Source of the DNA: an uncultured Vicinamibacteraceae bacterium
Lineage (GTDB): Bacteria; Planctomycetota; Phycisphaerae; Phycisphaerales; UBA5793
Length of the DNA stretch: 62,469 nucleotides
Reading direction: 5' to 3'
Assembly (NCBI GenBank): GCA_964585855.1
Contig: CAZPFK010000008.1
Span: 1-62,469 of the forward strand
Positions 47,558 through 56,210 of this stretch are shown in pieces. Position numbers and translations under genes: made by a program. Below the pieces are notes generated by a model, which was given only the letters and a program-made list of their open reading frames with translations, searched no databases and was not told the DNA's origin. Each line of letters starts with the position of its first letter. Position 1 is the first letter of the stretch.

Positions 47558-49570
47558 ATGCAGACGCTGGACTGGGCCATCATCATCGTGTTTCTGCTGG
47601 TGCTGCTGGCCGGGGCGGTGTACACGAAGCAATACGCGACGAGCGTGAGCGCGTTTCTGGCTGCCGAGCGGTGTGGGCGGCGGTACCTGATTGCGATGGC
47701 CAGCGCGATGGCGGGAATGGGGGTGATCACATTGGTCGGATGGTTTGAGATGTATTACGAGGCGGGCTTCACCGGTTTCTGGTGGGGCTCGCTGACTGAT
47801 CCTGCGCTCATTGTGATCGCGCTGTCGGGATGGGTGGTGTATCGGTTCAGGCAGACGCGGGCGATGACGGTGGCGCAGTTCTTCGAGGCGCGGTACAGCC
47901 GTAACTTCCGCGTCTTTTCGGGGCTCGTGGCGTACCTGGCGGGCATCATCAACTTCGGGATCTTTCCGGCCGTCGGGGCGCGCTTTTTCATCGCCATCTG
48001 CGGGTTGCCGGAGGTGGTCTCAGTAGCCGGCATCGAGGTTTCGATGTTTGCGCTGGTGATGGCGTTCCTGCTGAGCGTGGCGCTGCTGTTTACCTTTCTC
48101 GGCGGGCAGATTGCGGTGATGGTGACGGACTTCCTGCAGGGGTCGTTTGCCAACCTTGTCTTTGCTGCGGTGATGATCTACCTGCTGATGACCTTCAGCG
48201 GTCAGCAGATCGAGGAGGCGCTGCTGACAGCGGAAACGGGGCGGTCGATGGTTGACCCGATGAAGATGGCGCAGCAGGAGGAGTTTGACCTCTTCTACTA
48301 CCTGATCGCGGTCGTCGTCGTGCTGTACACGGTGATGGGGTGGCAGGGCACGGCGGGGTACAACTGTTGTGCCGTCGATGCGCACGAGGCGAAGATGGCC
48401 AAGATCCTGGAAGGATGGCGCTACCGGGTGCTGCTGCTGATTGCGATCGTGGTTCCGATCGCAGTCTACACGATGGTCCATCACCCCGACTTTGCGGAGC
48501 AGGCCGGGCAGTTGCAGGCGCGGCTTGCCGAGGTATCAGGCACTGACGTCGACGAGACGGCGACATTGCAGAAGCAGTTGCGCTTTCCGCACGCGCTTGC
48601 GATCCTGCTGCCGACGGGGCTGATGGGGCTCTTCGTTGCGGCGATGCTGGCGGCCTTCATCAGCACGCACGACACCTACCTGCACTCCTGGGGGGCGATC
48701 TTCGTGCAGGATGTCATCCTGCCCTTCCGGAAGCGCCCGTTCTCTCCACGGCAGCACCTCTGGCTGCTCCGGGCGTCGATCTTCGGCGTCGCGGTCTTCA
48801 TCTACATCTTCAGTCTGCTGTATCGGCCGACGCAGTTTGTGATGATGTTCATGGCGGTTTCCGGGGCGGTGTTCGTGGCCGGCGCGGGCGCTGTGCTGAT
48901 CGGCGGACTGTACTGGCGTCGGGGTTCGACGGCGGGGGCGTGGGGGGCGATGGTGACGGGGATGACCCTCTCGATTCTCGGGATCGTCGTCAAGCAACTG
49001 ACTCCGGGGCAGATCGAGGGGCTGCGGGAGGCATCGGAGGCGCTCTACGGGATCGCGGTCTTTCTGAAGGATGAGGTGACAGGGCAGGAGATGACCTTCA
49101 TCGCGATTCTCTGCTCGATCGCGGCCTATGTCGGACTGTCGTTGCTGTGTCCGGATGAGGAGGCGGACTTTGACCGGCTGCTGCATCGCGGGGAGTATGC
49201 CGTTGCAGGGGAGTCGGCGGTGACGTGGGCGGAGTCGCGCACGTGGCTGGAGCGGCTTGGGGTGGATCGCGAATTCACGGGGTGGGACCGCGTCGTGACG
49301 CTGATTTCGATCGGCTGGCCGCTGGTCTGGAGCGCGGTCATTCTGGGTGGGACGCTGTATGCGACGCAGGTTGAGATTCCCGAGTCATCGTGGGCGGCGT
49401 TCTGGAGGGCGTGGGTGTGGGTGGTGCTGGCGGCGATGATCGCCGTGAGTGTGTGGTTTACGATCGGCGGGTTTCGTGATCTGCGATTCCTGTTCCGCAC
49501 GCTCACGGCGCGAAGGGCTGACCCGACTGACGACGGTCGGGTGATAGAGAATGCCCCGGTTGATTCCTGA
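47558..49570 (+). CDS. Sodium:solute symporter (SSS) family transporter
   Basis: About 14 TM helices, an N-terminus typical of SSS (DWAIIIVFLLVLLAGAVYTKQY) and GGQIAVMVTDFLQG. Confidence 0.8.
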   Translation: MQTLDWAIIIVFLLVLLAGAVYTKQYATSVSAFLAAERCGRRYLIAMASAMAGMGVITLVGWFEMYYEAGFTGFWWGSLTDPALIVIALSGWVVYRFRQTRAMTVAQFFEARYSRNFRVFSGLVAYLAGIINFGIFPAVGARFFIAICGLPEVVSVAGIEVSMFALVMAFLLSVALLFTFLGGQIAVMVTDFLQGSFANLVFAAVMIYLLMTFSGQQIEEALLTAETGRSMVDPMKMAQQEEFDLFYYLIAVVVVLYTVMGWQGTAGYNCCAVDAHEAKMAKILEGWRYRVLLLIAIVVPIAVYTMVHHPDFAEQAGQLQARLAEVSGTDVDETATLQKQLRFPHALAILLPTGLMGLFVAAMLAAFISTHDTYLHSWGAIFVQDVILPFRKRPFSPRQHLWLLRASIFGVAVFIYIFSLLYRPTQFVMMFMAVSGAVFVAGAGAVLIGGLYWRRGSTAGAWGAMVTGMTLSILGIVVKQLTPGQIEGLREASEALYGIAVFLKDEVTGQEMTFIAILCSIAAYVGLSLLCPDEEADFDRLLHRGEYAVAGESAVTWAESRTWLERLGVDREFTGWDRVVTLISIGWPLVWSAVILGGTLYATQVEIPESSWAAFWRAWVWVVLAAMIAVSVWFTIGGFRDLRFLFRTLTARRADPTDDGRVIENAPVDS

Positions 49571-49581
49571 GGAGGTTCCTG

Positions 49582-50376
49582 ATGGTAATGCTGCGTCATG
49601 TGCTTCTGATTCTGTGTCTCTGGGCTTTGGCGGGTTGCGACTCGAATGCGACGATCTATGTGCCGTCGCCGGAGCGATACACCTGCCGGTTCACGACCGC
49701 TGTGCCGGTCATTGACGGGCGACTGGACGATGCCGCGTGGTCGGCGGCGGAATGGACGCAGGACTTCGTGGATATCCAGGGTGAGCACCTTCCGAAGCCG
49801 CGCTACCGGACGCGAGCGAAGATGTTGTGGGATGAGGAGTACTTCTACGTCGCGGCGGAGATGGAGGAACCGCACGTCTGGGCGACGCTGACTGAGCATG
49901 ATCAGATCGTCTTCCACGATAACGACTTTGAGATCTTCATCGACCCCGACGGCGATACAGCGCAGTACTACGAGATCGAGGTCAATGCGCTGGGGACGAT
50001 CTTCGACCTTTTCCTTGTCAAGCGGTATCTCGACGGCGGCCCGGCCCTGCACGCCTGGGACATGAAGGGGATGAAGCACGCGGTCTTCATCGACGGAACG
50101 CTCAACGACCCGAATGACACCGATGCCGGCTGGAGCGTGGAGTTCGCCCTGCCGTGGTCAACGCTGCGCGAGGCGGCGCACCGACCGGCTCCGCCGAACC
50201 CCGGCGATGCGTGGCGGGTGAACTTCTCGCGGGTGCAGTGGCGGCACGAGGTTGTCGATGGGCGATACCAGAAAGTACCGGAAACACCCGAGGACAACTG
50301 GGTGTGGACGCCGCAGTGGGAGATCAACATGCACCTGCCGCGGCACTGGGGCTACGTTCGCTTCAGCCGCGACTGA
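49582..50376 (+). CDS. Carbohydrate-binding family 9-like (DOMON-like) lipoprotein
   Basis: LWALAGC lipobox, IDGRLDDAAWSAAEW..DFVDI, NDFEIFIDPDGD and GWSVEFALPW. Confidence 0.7.
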   Translation: MVMLRHVLLILCLWALAGCDSNATIYVPSPERYTCRFTTAVPVIDGRLDDAAWSAAEWTQDFVDIQGEHLPKPRYRTRAKMLWDEEYFYVAAEMEEPHVWATLTEHDQIVFHDNDFEIFIDPDGDTAQYYEIEVNALGTIFDLFLVKRYLDGGPALHAWDMKGMKHAVFIDGTLNDPNDTDAGWSVEFALPWSTLREAAHRPAPPNPGDAWRVNFSRVQWRHEVVDGRYQKVPETPEDNWVWTPQWEINMHLPRHWGYVRFSRD

Positions 50377-53300
50377 TCGCGCGCAGCGCGGAGGGTGATG
50401 ATCTGGTAGGGCCGTACGGCAAAGGTCGTCCGGCCCGATGCCTGATCATGTTCGACGGGTATCGAGGAGGCAGGGCGTCCCAGCAGATCGACGTTTGTGA
50501 CACGGGAGAGGGGAGTGTTCCATGTCACCGCGCAAGGGCCGGCGGCGCCGCGCACTTCGACCAGACGGAGGATAAGGTCGTCGGAGTCGTCATCGGCTGG
50601 CTTGAGGGCAGCGATTTCGAGGTGGACTGGAGGGTCGGTGTGGATCGAGATTACCGGCGGCAGGTGGGCGGCGCGATCGGCAGTGAGCATCAGGGGCTGG
50701 TTCAGACAGTCAGCCTCGCGGTCCACGCCGGCTGCGCGCCAATCTCCGTGGTGGGGCATCAGACTCCAGTGCAGGTTGTTTCGGCCTCGGTCGGCATCCG
50801 GGTCGGGGTGGGTCGGGCTGCGCAGGAGGGTGAGGCCGAGGGTGGAGTCGCTGCAGGAGCAGCCGAAGATGGCGCGGTTGAGAAGCGCGAGGCCGTGGCC
50901 GGGTTGAGCGAGGTCGATCCAGCGATGGGCGCAGACTTCAAACATGGCCCGATCCCATGAGGTGTTGCGATGGGTCGGCCGCTCGATCTGGCCGAACTGG
51001 ATGTTGCAGGTGGCGCGTCGGGCGCGGATGGTGGTGGGGAAGAGCACGCGGAGCAGGCGGTGGCTCTCGTGCCAGTCAACGGTTGCCGCGACGTTGAGGC
51101 GGGGGCTGTCGGCATCGAGGGTGATGCGCTGAGTGATGCTGGAGCCCACGCCGAACTCGAAGGCAATCTCGAAGCCGCAGCGGAGCGGAAAATCGGCGAT
51201 CGGCCGGCAGCGAACGTTGCGGATGGAAAGCTCGATCGGCTTGTCGAGGTATTCCTCGTCGATCTCCCAGGCATCCCATTCGTAAGGCCGATCTTCGTAG
51301 AGATGCAGCGTGTTGAGCGGTTCGGCGGCGACTTCGAGGCCGTCTGGGAGCGTGCGAAGTGAGGTGACGCGGCCGGTCTCATCGAGGGTGGCGCGGATGA
51401 GGCCGTTGTCGAGGGCGAATCCATCGCGGCTGACGGAGTGTGCCGGCTGCGCAATGCGCAGGGGCATGATGGCGAGGGGCGGAATGCGTTCAGCGAAGGC
51501 GAGATCGTCACCGATCTCCACGACGCCGCCCTGCGGGAAGGAGGAGGCGTTGACAAGCGATGGACCTTCCTGAGTACCAGGCAGGGACTCGAGGAGTGTT
51601 GAGAGCGTTGCATCCGCAAACCTCTCGATCTCCACGTGATCGCGGCGGGCGCCGGCATAGACCTCGGGAATGGAGGAGCCGGGCAGGATGTCGTGGAACT
51701 GGTTGAGGAGGAGCAGTTTCCAGATTCGATCAAGGTCGGCGGCTCGCTCAGGAGTGCGGAGGGCTGCGGGACCGGCAGCGAGGAGCCATTCGATCAGGCG
51801 GAGGCGCTGCTCTGCGCGCGCGTTGGCCTGTTTGAGCCATTGATGCGTGGTGTAGGTTCCGCGATGGAGTTCGAGGTAGAGCTCGCCATCCCAGACGGGA
51901 AGATCGTCGTCACAGGATCGAAGCGCGTTACGCTGTTCGTGGAGCGCAGCGCAGAACTCATCGACGCGGGCCGATTGAACCTGCGGAAGTCCTTCGCAGA
52001 TGCGGCTGGAATCGGCGGCGTCAATCATCTCCTCGGTCGGGCCTCCACCGCCATCGCCGAAGCCGTACAACTGAAGCCAGAGATCGGTGCGGCCGCGCTC
52101 CCGCTGTGCCACGGTTCGCTCGCCCCTGCGGAGCTCGGCGGGGGTGTTGGCGGCGTTGTAGGTGGCGGCGGGAGTGAAGTGGGTGAGGACCTCGGAGCCG
52201 TCGAGGCCGCGCCAGCGGAAGTTGACATGGGGGAAGGCGTTGAAACGGCTCCAGGCGATCTTGTTGGTGATGAAGGTGTCGAGACCCGACGCGGCGATGA
52301 TCTGCGGCAGACTTGCAGGAAAGCCAAAGGTGTCGGGAAGGAAGAGGTGTCGCTGAACCGCTGCGTCCCCGAAGCGCTGCTGCCAGTAGCGACAGCCGTG
52401 GAGGATCTGGCGGATGAGCGACTCGCCGGAGGGCACGTTGCAGTCGGGCTCGATCCACATCGACCCGCCGGCCTCCCATCGTCCTTCGTGGATGCGGGCT
52501 CGGATGCGGTCGAAGAGGGCGGGGCTGTTCTCCTCGACCCAGGCATATTGCTGGGACTGGCTGGCGATGAATCGGAAATCGGGATGGCGGTCCATCAGGT
52601 CAAGGACGTTGACGAAGGTGCGCAGACACTTACGCCTAGTTTCGGCAATCGGCCAGAGCCAGGCGGTGTCGATGTGGGCATGGCCGGCGGCGAAGCAGCG
52701 GCTGGCGCCCTGCGGGGCGGCGGCAGCGTTCAGCGTTGTCTGGAGGATTGTGATGGCGCATTCGGCCGAGCCGGGGATGTCGCAATCGTTGAGAGCGGTG
52801 ACGGCCCGGCGCATCGCGGCGGCCAATTGCTGAGCCCGATGTGAGGTGTCGGCGAGTTCTTCGACGAGTTGTCGGGTAAAGCGGAAGAGGCGCTCCAGTC
52901 GCTGAACCCGGGGGTGAAGCTCGACGAGTTCGGCGATGCGGAACTCACCGGGTGATTCACTCTGCCAGCGTCGGCGGGATTCCTCCTGATCCCACGAGAA
53001 AGTGGCGATGCCGAAGGGGTGGTTGCAGGCGGCCTCGATAAGAGCGTGAAAGGTCTCGCCCCCCGTGCAGGGGTCGAAGGCGACGGCGGTTTCGCGATTG
53101 ACATCGAATCCTCGGCGCGGTCCGGCTTCGTCCCACCAGAGCGCTTCGGTTCCGCTGCTGAAGCGCAGTGCCACGATCGAACCGCGCCAGTCATCGGGGA
53201 TGCTCCCGCTGAGACGGAACCAGGCACTGCTCCAGGCCGGCCCCCAGCGCCAACCCGGTTCCACGACTGCATACTGCGCGCGCTGCGCCTCTGTCGGGCT

Positions 53301-53426
53301 GAGATGATCACGAGTCTGGAAGACTTCGGCGCGCAATGAGATGCGCCGGCCGAAGGCGGCCGGCGCGATCACGGTTCGTTCGTACATTCGGAAGCGGGCC
53401 AGGTCGAACTGCAGGTCGCTGAGCAT
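50352..53426 (-). CDS. GH38 alpha-mannosidase
   Basis: GHAHIDTAWLWP metal-binding motif, FGFPASLPQI and QFHDILPGSSI; 1024 aa. Confidence 0.9.
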   Translation of the reverse strand: MLSDLQFDLARFRMYERTVIAPAAFGRRISLRAEVFQTRDHLSPTEAQRAQYAVVEPGWRWGPAWSSAWFRLSGSIPDDWRGSIVALRFSSGTEALWWDEAGPRRGFDVNRETAVAFDPCTGGETFHALIEAACNHPFGIATFSWDQEESRRRWQSESPGEFRIAELVELHPRVQRLERLFRFTRQLVEELADTSHRAQQLAAAMRRAVTALNDCDIPGSAECAITILQTTLNAAAAPQGASRCFAAGHAHIDTAWLWPIAETRRKCLRTFVNVLDLMDRHPDFRFIASQSQQYAWVEENSPALFDRIRARIHEGRWEAGGSMWIEPDCNVPSGESLIRQILHGCRYWQQRFGDAAVQRHLFLPDTFGFPASLPQIIAASGLDTFITNKIAWSRFNAFPHVNFRWRGLDGSEVLTHFTPAATYNAANTPAELRRGERTVAQRERGRTDLWLQLYGFGDGGGGPTEEMIDAADSSRICEGLPQVQSARVDEFCAALHEQRNALRSCDDDLPVWDGELYLELHRGTYTTHQWLKQANARAEQRLRLIEWLLAAGPAALRTPERAADLDRIWKLLLLNQFHDILPGSSIPEVYAGARRDHVEIERFADATLSTLLESLPGTQEGPSLVNASSFPQGGVVEIGDDLAFAERIPPLAIMPLRIAQPAHSVSRDGFALDNGLIRATLDETGRVTSLRTLPDGLEVAAEPLNTLHLYEDRPYEWDAWEIDEEYLDKPIELSIRNVRCRPIADFPLRCGFEIAFEFGVGSSITQRITLDADSPRLNVAATVDWHESHRLLRVLFPTTIRARRATCNIQFGQIERPTHRNTSWDRAMFEVCAHRWIDLAQPGHGLALLNRAIFGCSCSDSTLGLTLLRSPTHPDPDADRGRNNLHWSLMPHHGDWRAAGVDREADCLNQPLMLTADRAAHLPPVISIHTDPPVHLEIAALKPADDDSDDLILRLVEVRGAAGPCAVTWNTPLSRVTNVDLLGRPASSIPVEHDQASGRTTFAVRPYQIITLRAARDQSRLKRT

Positions 53427-53472
53427 GGTCCGGCAAGTGTAGCCGGGATCGGTCTTCGACCAGCCGGTGCGG

Positions 53473-56160
53473 TCAGGGCAGGATCAGCGCGGTCACGGTG
53501 TTGCTCTTCTCCGAGTCCGCGCCGCCGGAGCCGCGACGCACCACGGCCTGCGTGTAAACGTTTCGGAGCGGAGCGTTGGCGGGGATCATCTCCGCAAGCA
53601 CCGCCCGGCCGGACCCGTCGGCGGTTGCGTTGCCGATGAGTTGAACGGGGTTGAGCAGGTCAAGGCAAAGGCCGCCCAGGGCCGGCGGGCACGGTCCGGC
53701 GCCGACGCCGACGAGGCTGTAGGCGAAGTAGACGGTTTCGCCGGCCGTTGCGCCTTCAAGTGTGAAGGTGGCAACCTGGCCGCGGTGCAGGTCGGACTGG
53801 CTCAGTTGCAGCCCCTCCTCGGGAATGGCGAGTCCCTTGGTGAGGACGAGGGCTTCATTGAGGCCGCTGGGAAGCAGGCTGATGAGGGAGCCGACGTCGT
53901 TGACGCCGTCGCCGTCAAAATCCGCCACGGCGGAGAACTTGGGTGAATAGCCGACGCCGTAGCGCTGGTAGGGCTGGAGACTGCCGTCGCCGTTGCCGGG
54001 GTAGATCGTCAGGTCGTTTGGCGCGTTGCTGGTCAGCAGGACATCGAGGAGCCCGTCGCCGGTGAGGTCGGCAGCGGCGATGTCGCTGGCGATGCGGAAG
54101 GCGCCCTCACGCCCGGCAGGCCCGATGTACTGGTCGGGGAAGCCGAAGGAGGTATCGCCGAACCCGAGCATGGTGGAGATGAAGACGTTGCCGAAGGAGT
54201 CCTGCGCGTCGATGAGGACGAGGTCTTCATTGAGGTCGCCATCCATGAAGGCGAGGACGAAGCGGCTTGCCGGCACGCCGGTGGGGACGTGATCGTTGAA
54301 GGTGAAGTCGCCGTTGCCGGGGTAAACGCTGATGCCGGAGGCGTCATTGGTGACCAGATCGATGTTTCCATCCTTGTCGAGGTCGGCCCCGGCCAGTCCG
54401 CCGGGCAGGCCCTCGGTATCCAGCCGGGGCTGCACGACGAAGTTCACGCCGTTGCCGGTGTTGCGAGCGAGGTGGATGCAGCTGGCCGGACCCGGGTCGC
54501 AGAGGGTGATATCGAGGAATCCATCGTTATTGAGGTCAAAGGCGTCGATGGAGCCGGCCTGGCTGGCACCGATGAGGGTGACAACAAACGGGCCGAAGGT
54601 TCCGTCGCCGTTGTTGACGGAGGTGGCGAAGTTGTAGGGGGGATAGTTGCGATTGGGGCCGAGGATGATGTCGAGATAGCCGTCGTTGTTGAGGTCACGC
54701 AGCTTGAGTTCGCCGCCGATGAAAGGGGACTCGACTTCAACGGGCGCACCGAAGTTACCCAGTCCGTCATTGAAGAGCAGTTGAACGTCGGAATCGGCGG
54801 AAAGTGCGATGTCCATGTCGCCGTCGAGGTCAATGTCGCCGAAGTCCATGCCGCCGGCGAGGAAGCCGGTTTCAAAGCGAGGGTGGACATGGAAGAGCCC
54901 GCTGCCGTCGCCGGGATGAACGGTGATGACCGAAGAATCGTTGGCGGCGGTGACGATGTCGAGGTGGCCGTCACCATCAACATCAAACGAAGCGGCATCA
55001 ACGGTCCACTTGGCGGATTCGTAACGCTCCTGGGTCGTCGAGAAGGCCCCGCCGCCCTCGTTGAGCAGAACGCAGAAGCCCTCGCCGGCGCGGCCGCTGG
55101 GCGTCGTCGCAATGATGTCCAGTCGGCCATCCTCGTTGAGATCAGCAACGGTCAGTGAGTCAGGGAGGTAACTCCAGTCCGGCAGCTCGTAGCGGACCGC
55201 ATCGCCGAAGGCGCCGCTGCCGTTGTTGAGTCGAATAGTGACCAGCCCGTAGTTGGGGATGCCGTTGTAGGCCCCGGAGGCGATCAGGTCTGGTGCGCCG
55301 TCGCCGTTGGTGTCGCCGAGGGCGACTTCCGTGGACTGGTAGAGATAGGTCTCAGTTCCGGGGACGGCCACATAGTGCGTGGGCACACTGAAGTTGCCGG
55401 CACCGTCGTTGAACAGGATTGCGTTGCCGAGGGGATTGCCGATGCTGTAGACGCCGCCGACGAGGACATCGAGGTCGCCGTCGCCGTCGATGTCATCCGC
55501 GACGACGTTCCTCACCGGAACGTTGGTCTGAAAGGAGCGCCGCGGCTGGAAGCCGGCCTGGCTCCCGTTGAGTCCGTTGTGAAGGAGGAGCGAGATAAAT
55601 GTTCCCTGATTGAAGTTGTCGGCATCGGCGCTGAGAACGTCGGGCCTGCCGTCGCCGTTGAAGTCGTCAACGACGATGGAGGTCGGCCCTCGGCCAGTTG
55701 CGAAGATTCTGCGGGTCGGGAATGAGCCGCTGCCGTTGTTGTGCCAGATCTGAATCTGAGCGGATTCACCGAATGAGTCGGGCATGGCGGCATAGACATC
55801 GAGGTCGCCGTCCCCGTCGAAGTCGGCCAGTTCGACGTCGAGGATGCTGTTGTTGTAGCCCGAGGAGTAGACGGCGGGAGGCAGATAGCCGTCGTTGCCG
55901 TCGTGAATCAGGACGGAGATGCCGGGCCCGCCGAAGAAGTCGCGTCCGACGACGACGTCCGGGTGGCCGTCGCCGTTGACATCGCCGTAATCGAGCGCAC
56001 TGGCGGTGAAGTTAGGGTAGTCACCGACGCTGTAGGCGCGCCAGGGGGCGGCGAGCAGGCCGTCGGTGGTGGTCTGCGCTGCCAGTGGCATGGCTGCAAG
56101 GAGGGCAGGGGTGAGAGCAAGGATGCGTGTGCGAGTGAGCGTGGTCATGGTGAACTCCAC
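53473..56160 (-). CDS. Secreted FG-GAP/VCBS repeat protein with the shared C-terminal module
   Basis: Signal peptide, then more than 10 repeats of D(F/L/V)(N/D)GDG..D(I/V/L) calcium-loop FG-GAP units. The C-terminal ~105 aa are homologous to those of the neighbour 56211..58826 and of 8536..9429. Confidence 0.85.
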   Translation of the reverse strand: MEFTMTTLTRTRILALTPALLAAMPLAAQTTTDGLLAAPWRAYSVGDYPNFTASALDYGDVNGDGHPDVVVGRDFFGGPGISVLIHDGNDGYLPPAVYSSGYNNSILDVELADFDGDGDLDVYAAMPDSFGESAQIQIWHNNGSGSFPTRRIFATGRGPTSIVVDDFNGDGRPDVLSADADNFNQGTFISLLLHNGLNGSQAGFQPRRSFQTNVPVRNVVADDIDGDGDLDVLVGGVYSIGNPLGNAILFNDGAGNFSVPTHYVAVPGTETYLYQSTEVALGDTNGDGAPDLIASGAYNGIPNYGLVTIRLNNGSGAFGDAVRYELPDWSYLPDSLTVADLNEDGRLDIIATTPSGRAGEGFCVLLNEGGGAFSTTQERYESAKWTVDAASFDVDGDGHLDIVTAANDSSVITVHPGDGSGLFHVHPRFETGFLAGGMDFGDIDLDGDMDIALSADSDVQLLFNDGLGNFGAPVEVESPFIGGELKLRDLNNDGYLDIILGPNRNYPPYNFATSVNNGDGTFGPFVVTLIGASQAGSIDAFDLNNDGFLDITLCDPGPASCIHLARNTGNGVNFVVQPRLDTEGLPGGLAGADLDKDGNIDLVTNDASGISVYPGNGDFTFNDHVPTGVPASRFVLAFMDGDLNEDLVLIDAQDSFGNVFISTMLGFGDTSFGFPDQYIGPAGREGAFRIASDIAAADLTGDGLLDVLLTSNAPNDLTIYPGNGDGSLQPYQRYGVGYSPKFSAVADFDGDGVNDVGSLISLLPSGLNEALVLTKGLAIPEEGLQLSQSDLHRGQVATFTLEGATAGETVYFAYSLVGVGAGPCPPALGGLCLDLLNPVQLIGNATADGSGRAVLAEMIPANAPLRNVYTQAVVRRGSGGADSEKSNTVTALILP

Positions 56161-56210
56161 GGGTTGGTTCCGGTCAGTGAGCGTGGGAGGGGGGATCAGA
56201 AGCGGGGGGG

